A model generated the notes under the pieces. It saw only the letters and a list, made by a program, of their open reading frames with translations, was not told the DNA's origin and did no database searches. Position numbers and translations under genes: made by a program. 64,000 nucleotides of DNA, taken from the NCBI RefSeq assembly GCF_009914755.1, contig NC_060931.1; one strand, given 5' to 3'. Of this stretch, positions 41,660-60,716 are shown one piece after another; within the stretch, counting starts at the first letter, position 1, and every line of letters begins with the position of its first letter. The DNA is from the human T2T-CHM13v2.0 reference genome, Homo sapiens.

Positions 41660-44600
41660 TAATTTCAATGTAATTTTTTTGTATTCTCTAGAATTTCTGG
41701 AGATATCTCTTATGAGAGAGTGGGAAAGAAGTCTGTGACACTGGCTGGTCTCAGCAGATCAAGATCCTTTGTGCCCTTTCCAGACAAAGCAACTGGTTGC
41801 ACCAGGGCACCCAGAGTGTTATGAGTTAGATCACTGGCCCTCTTCCATTTTCTTTTTGGCTTAAAATAATTCATGAGGTTAAAGGGGCAATCTGACAAGG
41901 AGAACATGGCCAAGATATCTAGCAGTAAGCTTACAAGTGTGTTCAAATTGGAATCACCTAAGTATTACCCTATTGGAGTCATTTCCTAAGCAAAGAAGTC
42001 TAACCACACCAGCCTAATTAGAAGTGTTTGTTTTCCAGCGATGTAACTATAGAATACTTTAGTAAACGTGCTGAACTATATAAACTCTTTTGTGAATAGA
42101 GATCATGCTTCAAAAATATTATGTATCTTCTATAATCTCTAAAATCATACTACACATATAGAAGCTAATAAATACTTAATTGATCATTAACTCTTATTAC
42201 TCAGGGATTTGAAGTAATTAACACAAATCCAGAGATAACTCATATTTTACAAAAAGTAGCTTTAGTAATTATAAATCATCTATGTCTTATACATTCAGAT
42301 TGGAAGCTTTGGATAGAATCTTTTTCTTTATCCATTATAATTCCACTTAGTGTCTGGTACAGACTTTCTTTTAGCACCGATTATTCTGTTTTACTAGTAT
42401 TTATTTACATGACTACTCTACTCTTCGAATTAAGAGATTGTGTTTTATTCATATTTGTCATTTCTCTTGTCTTTCAAGACACTCAGATGTTTTTGTTGAA
42501 TTAATCCATGTAGGATTTTTTTTAAGGCAAATACAGATGGGATAAATATATGTTCTTGGAGACTTTCTAGATGATTGAAAGTTTACCCCCACAAAAGGAG
42601 ACATCCTAATGGTCAGATGTAATTTGTTTATAACAATATGTGAACACTTTGAGAGAAGCTATGTTCCTAGAAGCAGCAGTCGGCACCTCTCAATCTTCAT
42701 ATGACACAAAGTAGTGAAACCGAGGTGTATAAGATCTTCTTAAATGTAACTTCTATGAATATTACAAAGCCATGACTGAAATATTATTGGGGAGTTGCAA
42801 AGCTTGAGGAATGTTATTAATAATAAGTGAAGGAGAGTGCCAGAGGTGAAAACCATGAGCCCAGAAAGGAAATAGTTCTCTCCTATGTGGAAGCCCTTGG
42901 TGCTTGGAACGTAGACACAAGGGAAAATGGGAGCGCTTTTAGCTAACGGACTCAGGTCTTATAAAGTCTTTATCCACTCTTTCAGTAGTTCAGCTTTTTC
43001 TAACACAGCTCAGAGTGTTAGATTGTATGAAGCCAAAGGGAACAAATGTGTATGCAAATTTCAACACATACTGTAAGGAATAAGATGATAGCACGAAAAA
43101 AAGAAAAAAGAAAAAACCACGCCAGGCATTGAGCATGTGTAGAAATAATTTAAGAAACTGAGGTTTAAAGAGATGGTGAGATATGTTGAAGGCTATGTGG
43201 ATTCATATTAATTCAAATGTAACTTATAAACACCTATTATGAGCCAGATACTGTAATAAAGGCCTTCACATGCATTTTCCTCATTTCTAGATCAGTTTGA
43301 CTCTGAGAGGAGAATCTCAGTGTATTTGATTTAGCCACAGAAGTACAACATTATCAAGACTGTTATTTTGTGTCTTCAACTGTTGCGAGAAACTATCTTA
43401 CATAAACAATACCTGCTGGATAATGGAGAATCTACTTCTGTTGTCCAGATAGCACTGTGACAGTTCTCCTTCACAACTCCAGTTTAGTAAGAAGTGATGC
43501 AGCACTTTTAAAATCAAAGTTGTTAAATAAAAGAGTAAAGAGGGTTATTGGTAAAGCAAGTAGCATTCTAGTCTATTGGATTCCATTTCTTTTTGTGAAT
43601 TTGTGGAAGTGTTATCTTTGGGCTATTGCAGTTCTTGAATAGGGCTAAAGTAAACATTAGGGAAAACTCTGATATTTTCATCAATTCTAACGGGTTAAGA
43701 ACTGATATAAGACTACTACATCTCTTGGCCTGTAAACCACCCAATCATAGGCATATTCCCAGAAGGGGAAATGACGGTTGTCACAAAATTCTATGTTACT
43801 TTGTCACCAACAGATTGAAGCAGAGAGGCCGGGATGAACCTATCAGATAATTTCCATCAGAGAAGAATGATCAATGTGTGATCAACTTTCAGCAAAGGCA
43901 AAAATAGTTAAATGTCAGCCCCAGTAGTTATAATGGTCCACGTGCAAAGGTGGAAAGGAAAGTCAATCAGATGAACAAGGAGAACGCAGAAGACCTGAAA
44001 AGAACGTCAGAAATTAAAGGTATTTTGTAACTCTTTTCTTTCAGATTTGCCTTGCTTTCATTCCAATTCCTTTGAAGTCTGGACACACTTTCTCCCCTGT
44101 GTTCCATAGGAGTCTATTTGTACTAAGAAAGCACACACCAACCTATCCCTTTTTGAATGGAATTTCTATTTTTTTTTTCAACCCGAACAAACCTTGGCTA
44201 AAACAAGCTCATGCATTTGTAAAAAATCTTTCAATCTTGTGTCGTTACATTAACATAGCAAATTATAAAGTGCCTTTTATTATACAACTTCAGTAACAAT
44301 TGGAAGATTCTTACTCTCTTCATTTTCACGTCTAAAAATAGATATCTGGGTTTAAGTGGACTGATTTGTGTAATTCTTTAATATGAAGTCTTTTTGTTAG
44401 TAAACTTCTATTTGATTGCTAAGGCTTTTTTTTTTTTTCTAAACCTTCCTTAATTTTCAACCATTCAACAAAGATTTTTACTTTTGTAAAATGACTTTAG
44501 GAATACACTATTTGTTTTATATTTTCTCTGAACTTCAGGTTTGGAAGTCTGGTTTATTTTAGTTACTATTAAGTGTAGTCTACCTAGAATTTGTGACTGT

Positions 44601-47600
44601 TTTGAGGACATTTTGCCCAATTCAGATAGTCAAGGTTTCTATTAATTTTCCTAAGACATTTTCATGTAATCTTTTAAGTATTAAATACGATATATCGGGA
44701 CTTATTTCTCCTACTATTTAAATAGATTGCTTCCTCTGGTTAACTTGTTCTTATGCCAAATATGTAGTTTTCATCTTTGAACCTTAGGCTGATATTTCCA
44801 TAGAGCCTGTATAGGATTTGGCATATCTGAATTAATATTTAGATTTTCCTGCACAAGTCAATTATGTTTTCTGCTTTGTTGACAAGAGTTATATCTTTGT
44901 GTGTTTTAGAAAATTTCTCTTAATATTTGAGATATGAATAGTGCACACTCAGTAAAGTTTTTATGAGCCATTAAAAATGTCAGTGTAAGAGGATGTCAAA
45001 ATCAGAATTTCCTTCCAGGCACCAAAAAGTAATAATTGCCAAGTAAGTTGCCAACTCAATATTACAAAGGAAATGAAAGCCATTTGGAGCCAAGACTTTC
45101 AGAACCTCTCAGGCAAGAGCATAACAAATGCATCAGATTTGGATAAGTGAAAGGTTTTTTGAAGTGGTTTTGTTTGTGTTATTATTTTTTCTATATTCAT
45201 GTGTATGTTTAAGAGTGTTGTTAACGTGCTTGGAATGAAGATTGAAATATTGAATAATATCTTACAGTGAACACTTCTAATCTCTAAATTAACACCATGT
45301 TTCGTAACTTGAGGTAAACTCAGATCCATTTACTACTCTAGATTCACCAGGAAAGTCTTACAGCTTGCCACAGTTTTCTCCGGTGGGAGGATATACAAAA
45401 TTTCCCACGTAATACAGTTTAAAATAAAATTGTGTTTGTTTATATCCACGAGGTGCAGTTTTTCAACGTATTGGATGGATCAATGTGCATTTAGACAAAA
45501 TATGCTTTTGGAAAGTTACTTTTTGTATTTCACATATCAGGTAATCATGAAAGATCACTCAAAATAAGGCAAAATTAGAACTATAGCATTCAGATGATGA
45601 CTCTTTCTGGAAACCACACCTCATAGGAATATTTTATTTTGTGATTGATAAAACTGGTAAATGTATTTTCTATGTGTGGATAATTTCTTGAAGTGACTTG
45701 TTTTTTAAAGCCTAAGCAGGTAGGTAGGTAGATGGTGGTGATGGAGTATTTCAGTGTGATACATTGGACCCTTGAACCAAATCAATACTGTTACTCAAAT
45801 AGAAGTGATAAGAAGGGACTTTAGATTGAGGTGAAGATTTTGGAAACAGCCAAATAAATAAGATGAAAACAGTATTTTAAATTCAGTTCTATTAATATAT
45901 AAGGCTAAGACTTTTGAGTTAATCCTGATGATGGTAATTGTTGAAAATGGCATTTGGTTGCAGTGAGGACATTCACTTACTTGAGCGTTGAATAAGAATT
46001 AGTTGGCTGGGATTTTTTCTTAAACTACAGCAAATGGAAACAAAGTGGCCTTTTTATATGTTCCTAGGAAAGCCAAGGGGGAAACTTAATTATATTTCTA
46101 TACGGAAATGAGGGAAAAATAGAACAATTCATATATTTCTAATACATAAGAAAAGTCAATGAGAAAGAAAGGACGGGAAATAAAAGCAAACATGGAGAGG
46201 TTAAGAAGACAAGTCAGTGAGGAGAGATGTGTTTGCCATTATAGTTAAGCCTAGATAGTCAATAGAATAAGAGACAGAAGGAGAGAGCAGCTGCCTCCAC
46301 TAGAAAAGAATGTCCTAGTGCAAAGAGACATTAAAGACACTGTTTTCATTTCACTGAATATGTCATTCACTCGCAAAGCAAATGTCATTCACTCACAAAG
46401 CCATTTTAACAGCTCATGGTTGATTTTTTTTTTTTTATGGGTTGGAATGAATACAATTGAATTGTTGGAAGAAATAGATAGTAACAAAAATAGTATACAT
46501 TTATTAAGTTTGCCATCGTTAAAACATCTCCTTGCGGTAGGATGTCATAATGGACAACCAGGATCTGAGAAGCTATGGATAGACCCGCCTTAGTAATAAA
46601 ATGTAAGTGAAAAATTGGCATCTGTATACCATTATATTGGAGAAATAGTATCACATAAATTCAGGACAATTAATGTTTTATATTTAACTTCTGGGTTTCC
46701 TAGCCTGACTACATGTTAGTCAATTCCCAGAGTCCCTCCTTCTCCTCCTTCTTTCTGTTGATGATGCTTTTCAATCATTTCATTGCATGTCAATAGGCTC
46801 ATCAAAGAGTGGGAGGAGGATGACAGAGAGGCTATAATACTCAATCCAGTTAGTGTTGACAATTGTTAATAATACTGTTAAAAGCTTAGGCAGAAGAAGA
46901 AATTGAAATACTATCTAAAATTACATTGGGGGATTATTTGTGGCTTTTAATTATCCATGCAATTTTTGTCTCTCATTACCACATATAATTGAGGAGTAGC
47001 CATTCAAGATGAGGCAATGATAAGACAAAAAAAGTGTCTTTTGTAAACAATAGAAGTAAATGTATTAGTTAAGACTCTAGCAGTTTTAGTTTGTAGAATT
47101 ATCCCCTTTCTACTATATCAGTGAATATTTAAATGTAAAGGAACCAAATTGTTTCTGATAAACAAAATTTATTTCATTCCTTTTCTAGGTACATATGTTT
47201 GTATATTATCCAATTGAACTTCTAAAGTAATTTTTTATTAATCTGCAATTGTCAAATTAATTTATTTTGTTATAAAAGATCAAAACAATATAGTAGTCTT
47301 ACAACCTGAAAGTATCAAAATTTCCCTATAAAATACCATCTTCAATCCTGCTCCCTAGAGGTAACCAACCACTGTAAACAGTGTAGTAAGTAACTTGTAA
47401 AAAGAATAGTTTCCATGAATGTATAAACACCATAATCTTACCTATAGCTAACCTGTTTATTGAAGAGTCACAAGGCACTTAGTAATGAACATGATGTAGT
47501 TTCAGGTTTATTGTGTCTAAAAACACTTTGTTATCTCTCCTCTGTGAAATACCTCTTTCCTGAAGTTTCTGATTAATTTTACTTATTGAAATTTAATTCA

Positions 47601-47601
47601 G

Positions 47602-47812
47602 CAGCCTGGGCACAATGGCAAGACCCCATTTCTACAAATAATAATAATAAAAAACTGCGCATGGTGGTGCATGCTTGTAGTTCCAGCTGCTTGGAAGCCT
47701 GAGGTGGGAGGATTGCTTAAGTCCAGGAAATCAAGGCTGCAATGAACTGTGTTTGTGCCACTATACTCCAATCTGAGTGACAGAGGGAGACCTTGTCCCC
47801 CCCAAAAAAAAA
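47602..47812 (+). mobile_element. 5'-truncated AluJ
   Basis: 'gaggtgggaggattgcttaagtccagg...aggctgcaatga'; degenerate TSD aaatt(g)taattcag on both sides. Confidence 0.88.
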
Positions 47813-49124
47813 AATTGTAATTCAGTATTCAGTACATTTTATGATTCTAATAGCATATCTAGTTCAATAGTTGTCCTTTCTCTAGCATTGCTCACACGTT
47901 TTTTTTGTTTTGTTTTGTTTTGTTTTCAGGAAGGTAGGGGCCATGGGACTCCATGGAAAGCAGAAGACACAATGATCTGCTGTTTCACTCCCTGTCCCCA
48001 ACCCTCTGGGTCTAAGCCCTCAGGGAATTGCATGGGAGAGGAAAAGTTGAGGCCAGAATTTTTTTATGAGAGGACTTCTACAGTGGTGGGAGAAGTCCCC
48101 AGACTCAGATTGGTGTTTTCTCTTTCCATGAGGTTCTGTCTGCTAGTGGCCTCCACTGGTGTGTGGCTTCTGAGTTCACAATGTATGTGATTTCTCGAGG
48201 TGACTATTAGCTTCACTCATAGTCGTAATTGTCATACAGCAATCCCTGAGGTAGAACAATCCCACTGTCTTGACATTGACTGGTGTCCACACCTTTTGAC
48301 ACAGCATGGCCTCCCTGGGGACACACGGTTCTTACTCATACTCTAGACTCCATGCTTTTTTATGGCATCTACCTTCTTCTTCAAGAAGTGCAGAGATGAA
48401 CATGGGGGGTCTATTGCTTTCATCTTCTCAAGGACACTGTTCCATGGACCTTTTCCAAGTTGCTTGTGGCTACTCTCAAAAGCCTCTACATTCAGAAACG
48501 TCACACAAGATATTATCTCAATCCTCAAGATTCATACTTGCCCCTAGGCTCCAGAAACACAGTCCAGTTCTTGCTGGTACTTTGTCACCACATTTCACTG
48601 TTTTGGCCACAGCAGAGAAGACTCAACTTTAGCAGTTGAGCAGGCAGGCAGAGAGAATCACTCCCATTATATATCAGCCAGTTTCTTGGAGCTGTCAATT
48701 CATTTGCCTTTGAGAGAACTGGGGCTCAAACCCCCTTCCCAAATAAGAGGGAAGGAAGTGACCTCCCACTCCAACACCTTATCACTAACACCACATTTCC
48801 AGTAGAGCCATGGTTCCTGCTGCCCCTCCTCTTCTCACTCTTCTTACACAGCAGGTGTGGAGGAGTGCAGGGGAAATCATTAGAGTGGAAATGGAGTTTC
48901 AAAGTTCTTTCTATTGTTCCTTAGTAATCCTGGGGAAGGGATCTGTCCCTACTTACCATTTGAGGCGCAATAGGAAATGACTCACTCAATACAACGTCAC
49001 ATATTCACACATACGTGCAAAGTGCAAGAGCATGTTACTATACTAACCATCTTGTGCAACTTGATATTGTTTTCTTGATATTGTTTCTTGATATTGTAAA
49101 GATAGTACCACATTTTATTAGTAG

Positions 49125-49372
49125 AATAAACGTGAATATGTGCCACCTCCCAGCAGGGATATTTAATTGCTTTTGACAGATCCTCCAGATCTGTTTCTTC
49201 TGCCTCAGTAACTAGCAATGTTTGAAATAATGGCTACTCCATCAGGCAAGGTTTTGAAGTGAGGAGGCATGGAGACTTGAGGCATTAATAAGAAATAAAG
49301 CTTTGTGTTAAAGGCCGTTAAGTGTTGGGATGTTTATTACTATAGCATTGCCTTGCCTATCGAGATGCAATA
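49125..49372 (+). mobile_element. MLT1J/K-like LTR 3' part
   Basis: 'atggctactccatcag', 'aagaaataaagctttg' and 'tttattactatagcattgccttgcctatc'. Confidence 0.6.
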
Positions 49373-49399
49373 AAACCTGCACTGTAATGTATTTGGCCA

Positions 49400-49810
49400 T
49401 TACAATCTGTGTGCACTATTTATTTCATTTCCAAATTTTTACCCTTTCACTGTTTCAATAAATATCACTGTACATGTATTTTTGTACAAGTGAATTGCTG
49501 GGCCAAACACCTAAACTTTGTTGGAAAGTGCTAAGTTTGTCTCTAAAGACTTTATGTTCTCACCAATGATATTCAAGGGTGTTTACCATAGATATTGTGA
49601 CTGTCTTTCCTAGACAAAGAAGTCTTTCATTTTAATTTCTACTTCATGGATTATTAATGAGACTTAGTGTTCATTGGACATTTGGATTTCTCTTGTGAAT
49701 TTTGTTTGTACCATTTTATTTTTTCCATTAGATTGGTTTCCTTTTCTTATTTAAAATTAAAGAAATTCTTTGCAAGTAAGGGTTTTGACCCTGGTTTTTA
49801 TATATTTTTA
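49400..49810 (-). mobile_element. Ancient L1ME fragment
   Basis: 'gaattgctgggccaaa', 'cattggacatttggatttctcttgtgaatt' and 'ttttccattagattg'. Confidence 0.5.
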
Positions 49811-49817
49811 AAATCCT

Positions 49818-50035
49818 AGTGAAGGCACTGTCTCTACAGAAAACAAAAATAGCCAGGCATGGTGGCATGTGCCTGTAATCCCAGCTACGCAGGAAGTTGA
49901 GGCAGAAAGATGGCTTGATCCCAGGATTTTGAGACTGCAATGAGCTAAGATTGTATCATTGCACTCCAGGATGCCATGGGTGACAGAGCAAGACCTTGTC
50001 TCTGGAGAAAAAAAAAAGAAAAGAAAAAGAAAAGG
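49818..50035 (+). mobile_element. 5'-truncated AluJ (mainly right arm)
   Basis: 'tagccaggcatggtggcatgtgcctgtaatcccagctac...gtgacagagcaagaccttgtctc' followed by an A-rich tail. Confidence 0.88.
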
Positions 50036-50114
50036 AATTCTTTCTACAATGTAGGTCAGTGGAAATTTTTTTCCAGAATATTTTATCATATAAAACCTGA
50101 AATTTTTTATGTAG

Positions 50115-50573
<459 letters not shown>

Positions 50574-51532
50574 ATTATTTGAGGCATTTAAAATCTACCA
50601 CATGTGTTTTAAAGACCACTAAAATCACCTTATATGGCATAATTTGAAAAATCACTTCCCTGCAGTTTAACTGTATCTTCTAAAAAGAACCAAAGCTAAG
50701 AAATTTAATATCTTATTCAGGAACATAAGTTTTCCCATGCTTAGCACCTTCAAACCCCAATAAGTCAATTATAACAACAGAAAAACAGAATTCTCCCAGG
50801 CTTATAAGAGCATAGAATAGGCCACTTCCATTTGATCATCTCAAAATGTTACTTTTTGGAAGAAGAAAAGCACACTTTACCGGCATTGCCCACATATAAA
50901 TCCAGTATAAAAAACTTGAAGAAGAATCACCTTCGTAAATATTTTCAAGCAAAAGAAGTGAGGGTGCATTTTTATGCCAGGTGGATCCCTGGGTGTCTAT
51001 CTGTCCTGGATTATTGGTTTATAAAAATTCTACATCACATTTCATGGGTAAAAAAAGGTTTATTGGAAATATGTGTGTAAGCCAGTGGTCAAGAAGAGAA
51101 TAGAAGACAAAGGTCCCCATGATCTTCCCATAATATCTCAGAGAGGCATGCTGTAATACCATGAGGGCACTGCTGGATCTGCAGTGTGGGTTTCTGTTCC
51201 AGGAACAAAATCCCTGTTTTGTAGAGTGAAAATGTGGGAAAGGTCTTGTCAATGAAGTAACAAACAGATTGTTTGATGTCAGCCAGCCAGAATTTGAGAT
51301 AGCAGTTTAAAGCTGTTCTGTGCAAAGACCAGCTGCTCAACATATTTTAACCAGTGGATGTTTCAGTCTTCCTGAACTAGAAGAATTCTCCAGGGCTTTG
51401 GGAAGCTGATGAGAGGTACATCCCTGACTGCTGGGACTGCTCAGATCTCAGCTGGGTTTTGGTACAGGCAACCCAGAGTGATTGACAGGGTTATTTGCAG
51501 ATATTTACACTCCTTTTACATTTACTCAGAAT

Positions 51533-51535
<3 letters not shown>

Positions 51536-51576
<41 letters not shown>
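51536..51576. repeat. (TA)n microsatellite
   Basis: About 20 pure TA units. Confidence 0.98.
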
Positions 51577-51582
<6 letters not shown>

Positions 51583-53292
51583 GTAAAGGCAGAATTAGAA
51601 ACAGATAAGAACAAAAACAGGATCATGCAAAGCAGAAATATTGAATACTAAGTGTTAATTGATTCATTAGGTCATAAGAATTTTAAATATCATAATGGCA
51701 TTGTTGCTATTGTTAGAAAGAAAACGCATACAGAAATATAAATGTCTAAACTATAAAAGGTAGTATATTATTAAAATAAATTTATCTTATAAATTTAAAC
51801 ATTAACTTATAATTTCTACCAAGGTGAATAATGAAGCTATTTTGCTAAACCTAAAATTGAAAAAGAAGATTTTGGTTGACTGTAGCAGTCATATCAATCT
51901 AAGCAACCTTTGTTTTTCCATAGATATTTGAGTTGTATAAAATCAAATTAATACTAATTCATACAGTTAAAGAGGTGAAAATGAGTAAAGTTTTTCAATG
52001 GCTTATATAGTAATCTGAAGAAAACGTCTTTTATTAGAAGGCTATGCAAAAAGATGCTATACTTGGGGATCAGGACAAATAATGTTAATAAGTAGCATAA
52101 ATTATCATAATGCATTTCTAAAATTGGTTAAAATCTAATATAAAACAGAACTGTATGTACACATTACTTATCCTGTAATTAAAAATAATTTAAAATCAAA
52201 TATACCAAACACTACTCTTAATGAACAGTAGTTTATTATTACAATACATGATATTATTTTTTATTTGTAATAAATCAAAATAGTTATTAAGAGATTCATT
52301 TCCACAAACTGACATTTAATAATGCTTATTGGGAGACCAGAACAAGATGGCCAACAGCACAGAGCCAGGCAGTGCTGCTCCCACAGAAAGAGACCAAAAT
52401 TTCAAGTAAACCAACATAACCTGAATAGATCTTCAGAGAGAAAACACCGAGGGTGGATGGAGATGCAACACAGACACAGGCTAAAGAAGCTGGGAGCCCT
52501 GTGTGGCATACCCTAATACTGAGGTTAGTTCCTGGCTCCAAATGGCTCTTGGGGAATGAATGAGTGAAGAGACTGTGGGACTGCCCACTCGTGCCATGGA
52601 CCCCTGGGATCCTAGCAACAGAGGACCCCATATCCCCCATGGACATTTGCATGTTAGGGAGATCTGCCGCATATGAAGGTAGGCAGAGATAGGGCTTCAG
52701 CCAGTGTGGAGCCAGGGGCCTTTGTTCACTGGGCAGCTCCAGTGGAGTCTGGCCATTGGAACCCATCCCCCTAGAGCTCCCCACATTCCTCCAAGAAGTT
52801 CTAGACCCAGCTGACTGCTGGGCCAGGAGAAAGCTGAACTGGTTTCCCCACAAGACTGGGGCATGTTTGTTCTACAGGTCCTCCTGCCCATCAGCCCCTC
52901 CTTCAGGTCCCCTGCCTGGCTCCCCACAGAAACGTGTGCACAGCACAGTCTCTACTGCCCAGCCTGGGTGATTTGATCCACCTTAGTATATTTCTAGCAC
53001 CCTGGGAGAACTTCAGATCTCTCAGCACACCAGGAATCCAAGAGTCTAGAGGATAGAGTCTAGAGTTGGTCCCCGTGCCCCAGGGCTTCAGCACACAGCT
53101 TTGGAGTGCCAAGCCAAGATCAATGGCCAGCACCCAATCTGGGGTGGAGCCCATATCTCAGAGCACTGAGAGGGGTGAGATGCTTGTGTCTGTGGGCTAG
53201 CACAGGAGATGTGTGTGCCTTCCCTTCAGGGAACCAGATTGAAAAGAGTGTAGCCTATCTCCCTGTCTACATAATAATCAACTAACCACACA

Positions 53293-57260
<3,968 letters not shown>

Positions 57261-58423
57261 AGAAATTTTAAAAATCACATCATTTGCTGCAACATGGATG
57301 CAGCTGGAGGCCATAATCTTAAGTAAATTAACACAGAAACAAAACCCAAATACTTATGTTTCACCTATAAGCGGAAGCTAAACATTGAGCAAACATGAAT
57401 ATAAACATGGGAACAATAGATACTGTGGACTACTAGTGTGGGAAGAAACAAGTGGACGTGGATTGAAAAACTACTTATTAAGTACTGTGCTCACTACCTG
57501 GATTATGGGAGCTCTATCCTGAACCTCTGCATCATGCAATATATCCATGTAACAAACCTGCACACACACTGGTTGTATAAGTGGTACATTGGTAGTGCCA
57601 ATTCCTTAGAATGTTTTATAGAATACTGTAGAAACTTAACTTACTTTTAGAAGTATAATCCTAAAATTTTTGTAAAATTATTGACTTAATGACTAGAAAT
57701 TATTTGGGACAAATAATAGGAATAATTTTTATTTATTCAGGAAATTATTTCACTGAGCTGTTGACAAGAATTTTGAAAAGGGAAAATTATTTTTGAGTTA
57801 ACTTACAAAAAATAAGTTCTACAAAAAAAAATTCTAGAAGCTTTGACACATAGATTGTTTATTTTGCCATTCATTTAATATTTAATCCTTAAACTAAAAT
57901 TATTTTCACAGTTAATTATAACGTTATGTACAGAGTTATTCTGAATTGTATATATTAAATGTTACTATTCTAGGCATCTTGGAAGTAGTAACCCTTGATT
58001 AATAGCAGTAGGAGTTAAAAAATATGGACTATAGGACATTTTTTAATCAATACAATGATTTGAAATAGACCAGCTTATTCCCTTGAAGACAAGCATACTC
58101 CAGCATGCTTTATTGTCTTTTACAAGTTAATTTTGCATCTAAATCAGAAATTTTTAAATACACACAATATGGATAATATACATACTATGTTTTAAGTTGT
58201 TGTGATGTAAGAATAAAATTATGAATGTAAAAACTTAAAGACTGTGCCTGGACTTAGTAAATATTGTCACCAGAGTCCAGATCAGAGTCACCAAAACCCC
58301 AGGAAAGAATGAAGAAATCATGAATATTCAAACTTGCACATCCCTCAGATATCCTCAAATGAAATGGCAGAAAGAGTTTATGGAAAAGCAGTGGTCCTCA
58401 CCATCAAGTCCCTGTGTTTCTGC

Positions 58424-58469
58424 CTCTTAAGACTCTTCAAATAGTCTCTCTTAAGACTCTTCAAATAGT
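58424..58469. repeat. 22-bp direct repeat (24-bp period)
   Basis: ctcttaagactcttcaaatagt at 58424-58445 and 58448-58469. Confidence 0.9.
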
Positions 58470-59857
58470 AGGATCTTCATGAGCCTGACCTCTGACCTTT
58501 ACATCAAATTCTTCCCTTCCTATGCTTAGGCATGAATATAAATATCTACCTCCTTTTCCCCCTTAGCTTAGTAAAAACAGGGAGAAATTTTCAAAAAACT
58601 TTAAAAAGACTTTACTGAGAAAATAAGGCAAAGAAAAGAGAGCTAACAAAAAGATTACACACCAAAAAAAAATTACAATCCTTTTTAAATTCTAATGAAA
58701 GAAGGTTAGCAATATCCACAAGCCTGAGTTTCATTCATTCCCCTTACCTGTCTCATGGTCATTGCTAAGAACATTTTCTTTTCATATGTGTGAATAGTTT
58801 TTTCTGCTCATTTTATTTTCATGTTACATATTCTCCTGGAGAGAGCCAATGTATATGAATTAGACTGATAGCAATTTTCAAGGTGCTACAGGCAGCCACA
58901 TGTTCCTTGCTATCTACATTCAGAGAGTTTCTATTAACTATCTTAGACAGAAATCCAACAATAGGACCTTTCACAAATTAGTGTGCAAATTATTGCATAA
59001 ATCATGTGTCAGTAATCGTGTGTAAAAATGACAACAGTGAATTGTTTGTTGTTATAGAATGAACAATATTTTATATTCTAAGTGTGTACATTTACTACTA
59101 TAGTCTTACCCATTCTACTGATTACAATTTGTATTTCTAAATCTGTATCAAAATCTGAAAATGTTATTTCTTACCTGGGCCTTAATAAAAACATTTACTA
59201 TTTACATTGAGAGTGTTTTAATATAATGAAACATCCTATTGCCCAAGTTCAGCAAAATAATGGAAATAAAATTACTGTATTGTTATTTAAGGGGCATATG
59301 AAAAAAATCCAATAATAAAAATAAAAAATATTTTTATATGCTATTCCAGGTAAAATTTCCTCTCAACATAATTTCAAGACAGAGTTAAAGATATAAAATT
59401 AATAATTCCAGAAAACATAGTGAAGATAATGAATCAGAAATAGTAAATATAATTTTCAAGTCTCAAGGAATAGTTAGTGGAAGGAATATGTAGTATAATT
59501 TATTGTGCTTCATAATGTGGGAGAACTTTTAAAATTGTCTTTAAATGAAATGATGATAGTAATTTGGAGGCGATGAAAAAGAGTGCTTTATAATGAAAGC
59601 AAAATATTTCATTTATTATATTTGTATGAAATACAAATATTCTGAAAACATTACCAAAGAAAAATGCAAATACTTTGAAAATTTGCCACACCTGAGCTTT
59701 TATGGATTTACAAGCTATGTCATTTGCATCACACCTCAAGTCTTCATTTAAATCTCTTTTAAGAGCTAAGACCAAGGTTCCCCTTTGCCTACTCACAATA
59801 CTTTTCATTCCTTCCTCAAAATTCCTTTCAACACAGCGTATTAGAAATGGATAACAC

Positions 59858-60223
<366 letters not shown>

Positions 60224-60716
60224 TTACTTCCATTGCCTCAGACACCACCATTTTTCCTTAGGATGAGAATTTAAAGTGGTTACTCTGAATCTGTTTTATT
60301 TTTCATGTGTAAAGTTTGAGACAAAGCAAATCTTGCAGCTTGTGTTGTAATTAGTGTAAGAAAGTAATACAAGCAGCAGGATGTTGGTTGTTATCATGCT
60401 AAAATCATTCCTATGGGATATTTTGAGGGGAAGGCACAGATGTTACAGAGAAGAAAATGCCAAAAAAAAAGTAGTTATTATATACATCTTTATTGGAGAG
60501 GAAGATGAAGGGTGCTCCCCCAATCACTGAAATGATACTGCTACAAACATGGACGGACAAGCTGCCTTGTTCAAGAGTAACATACTGAAAAACTTTTAAT
60601 TATTTAGTCAATACAATATTGCTCACATGGTGGTTTTTTAAAATGGCTCAAATTATCTTTCTAAAATGTTTTAAAGTAGCAATAAGATGTTTTAATTTTA
60701 GTTTGACAATCAATAT

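Noticed and set aside
52326-52853. 175-aa antisense ORF and other ORFs in the GC-rich L1 5'UTRs (also 20272-21724)
   Set aside because: Stop-poor GC-rich UTR sequence with non-ATG starts in several cases and no recognisable domain; ORF0 is described for younger L1PA families with a different 5'UTR.
59175-59180. Possible 6-nt minus-strand microexon (ttttattaag|GCCCAG|gtaaga)
   Set aside because: Strong donor but weak polypyrimidine tract, no upstream UGC enhancer and no evidence of a host gene.
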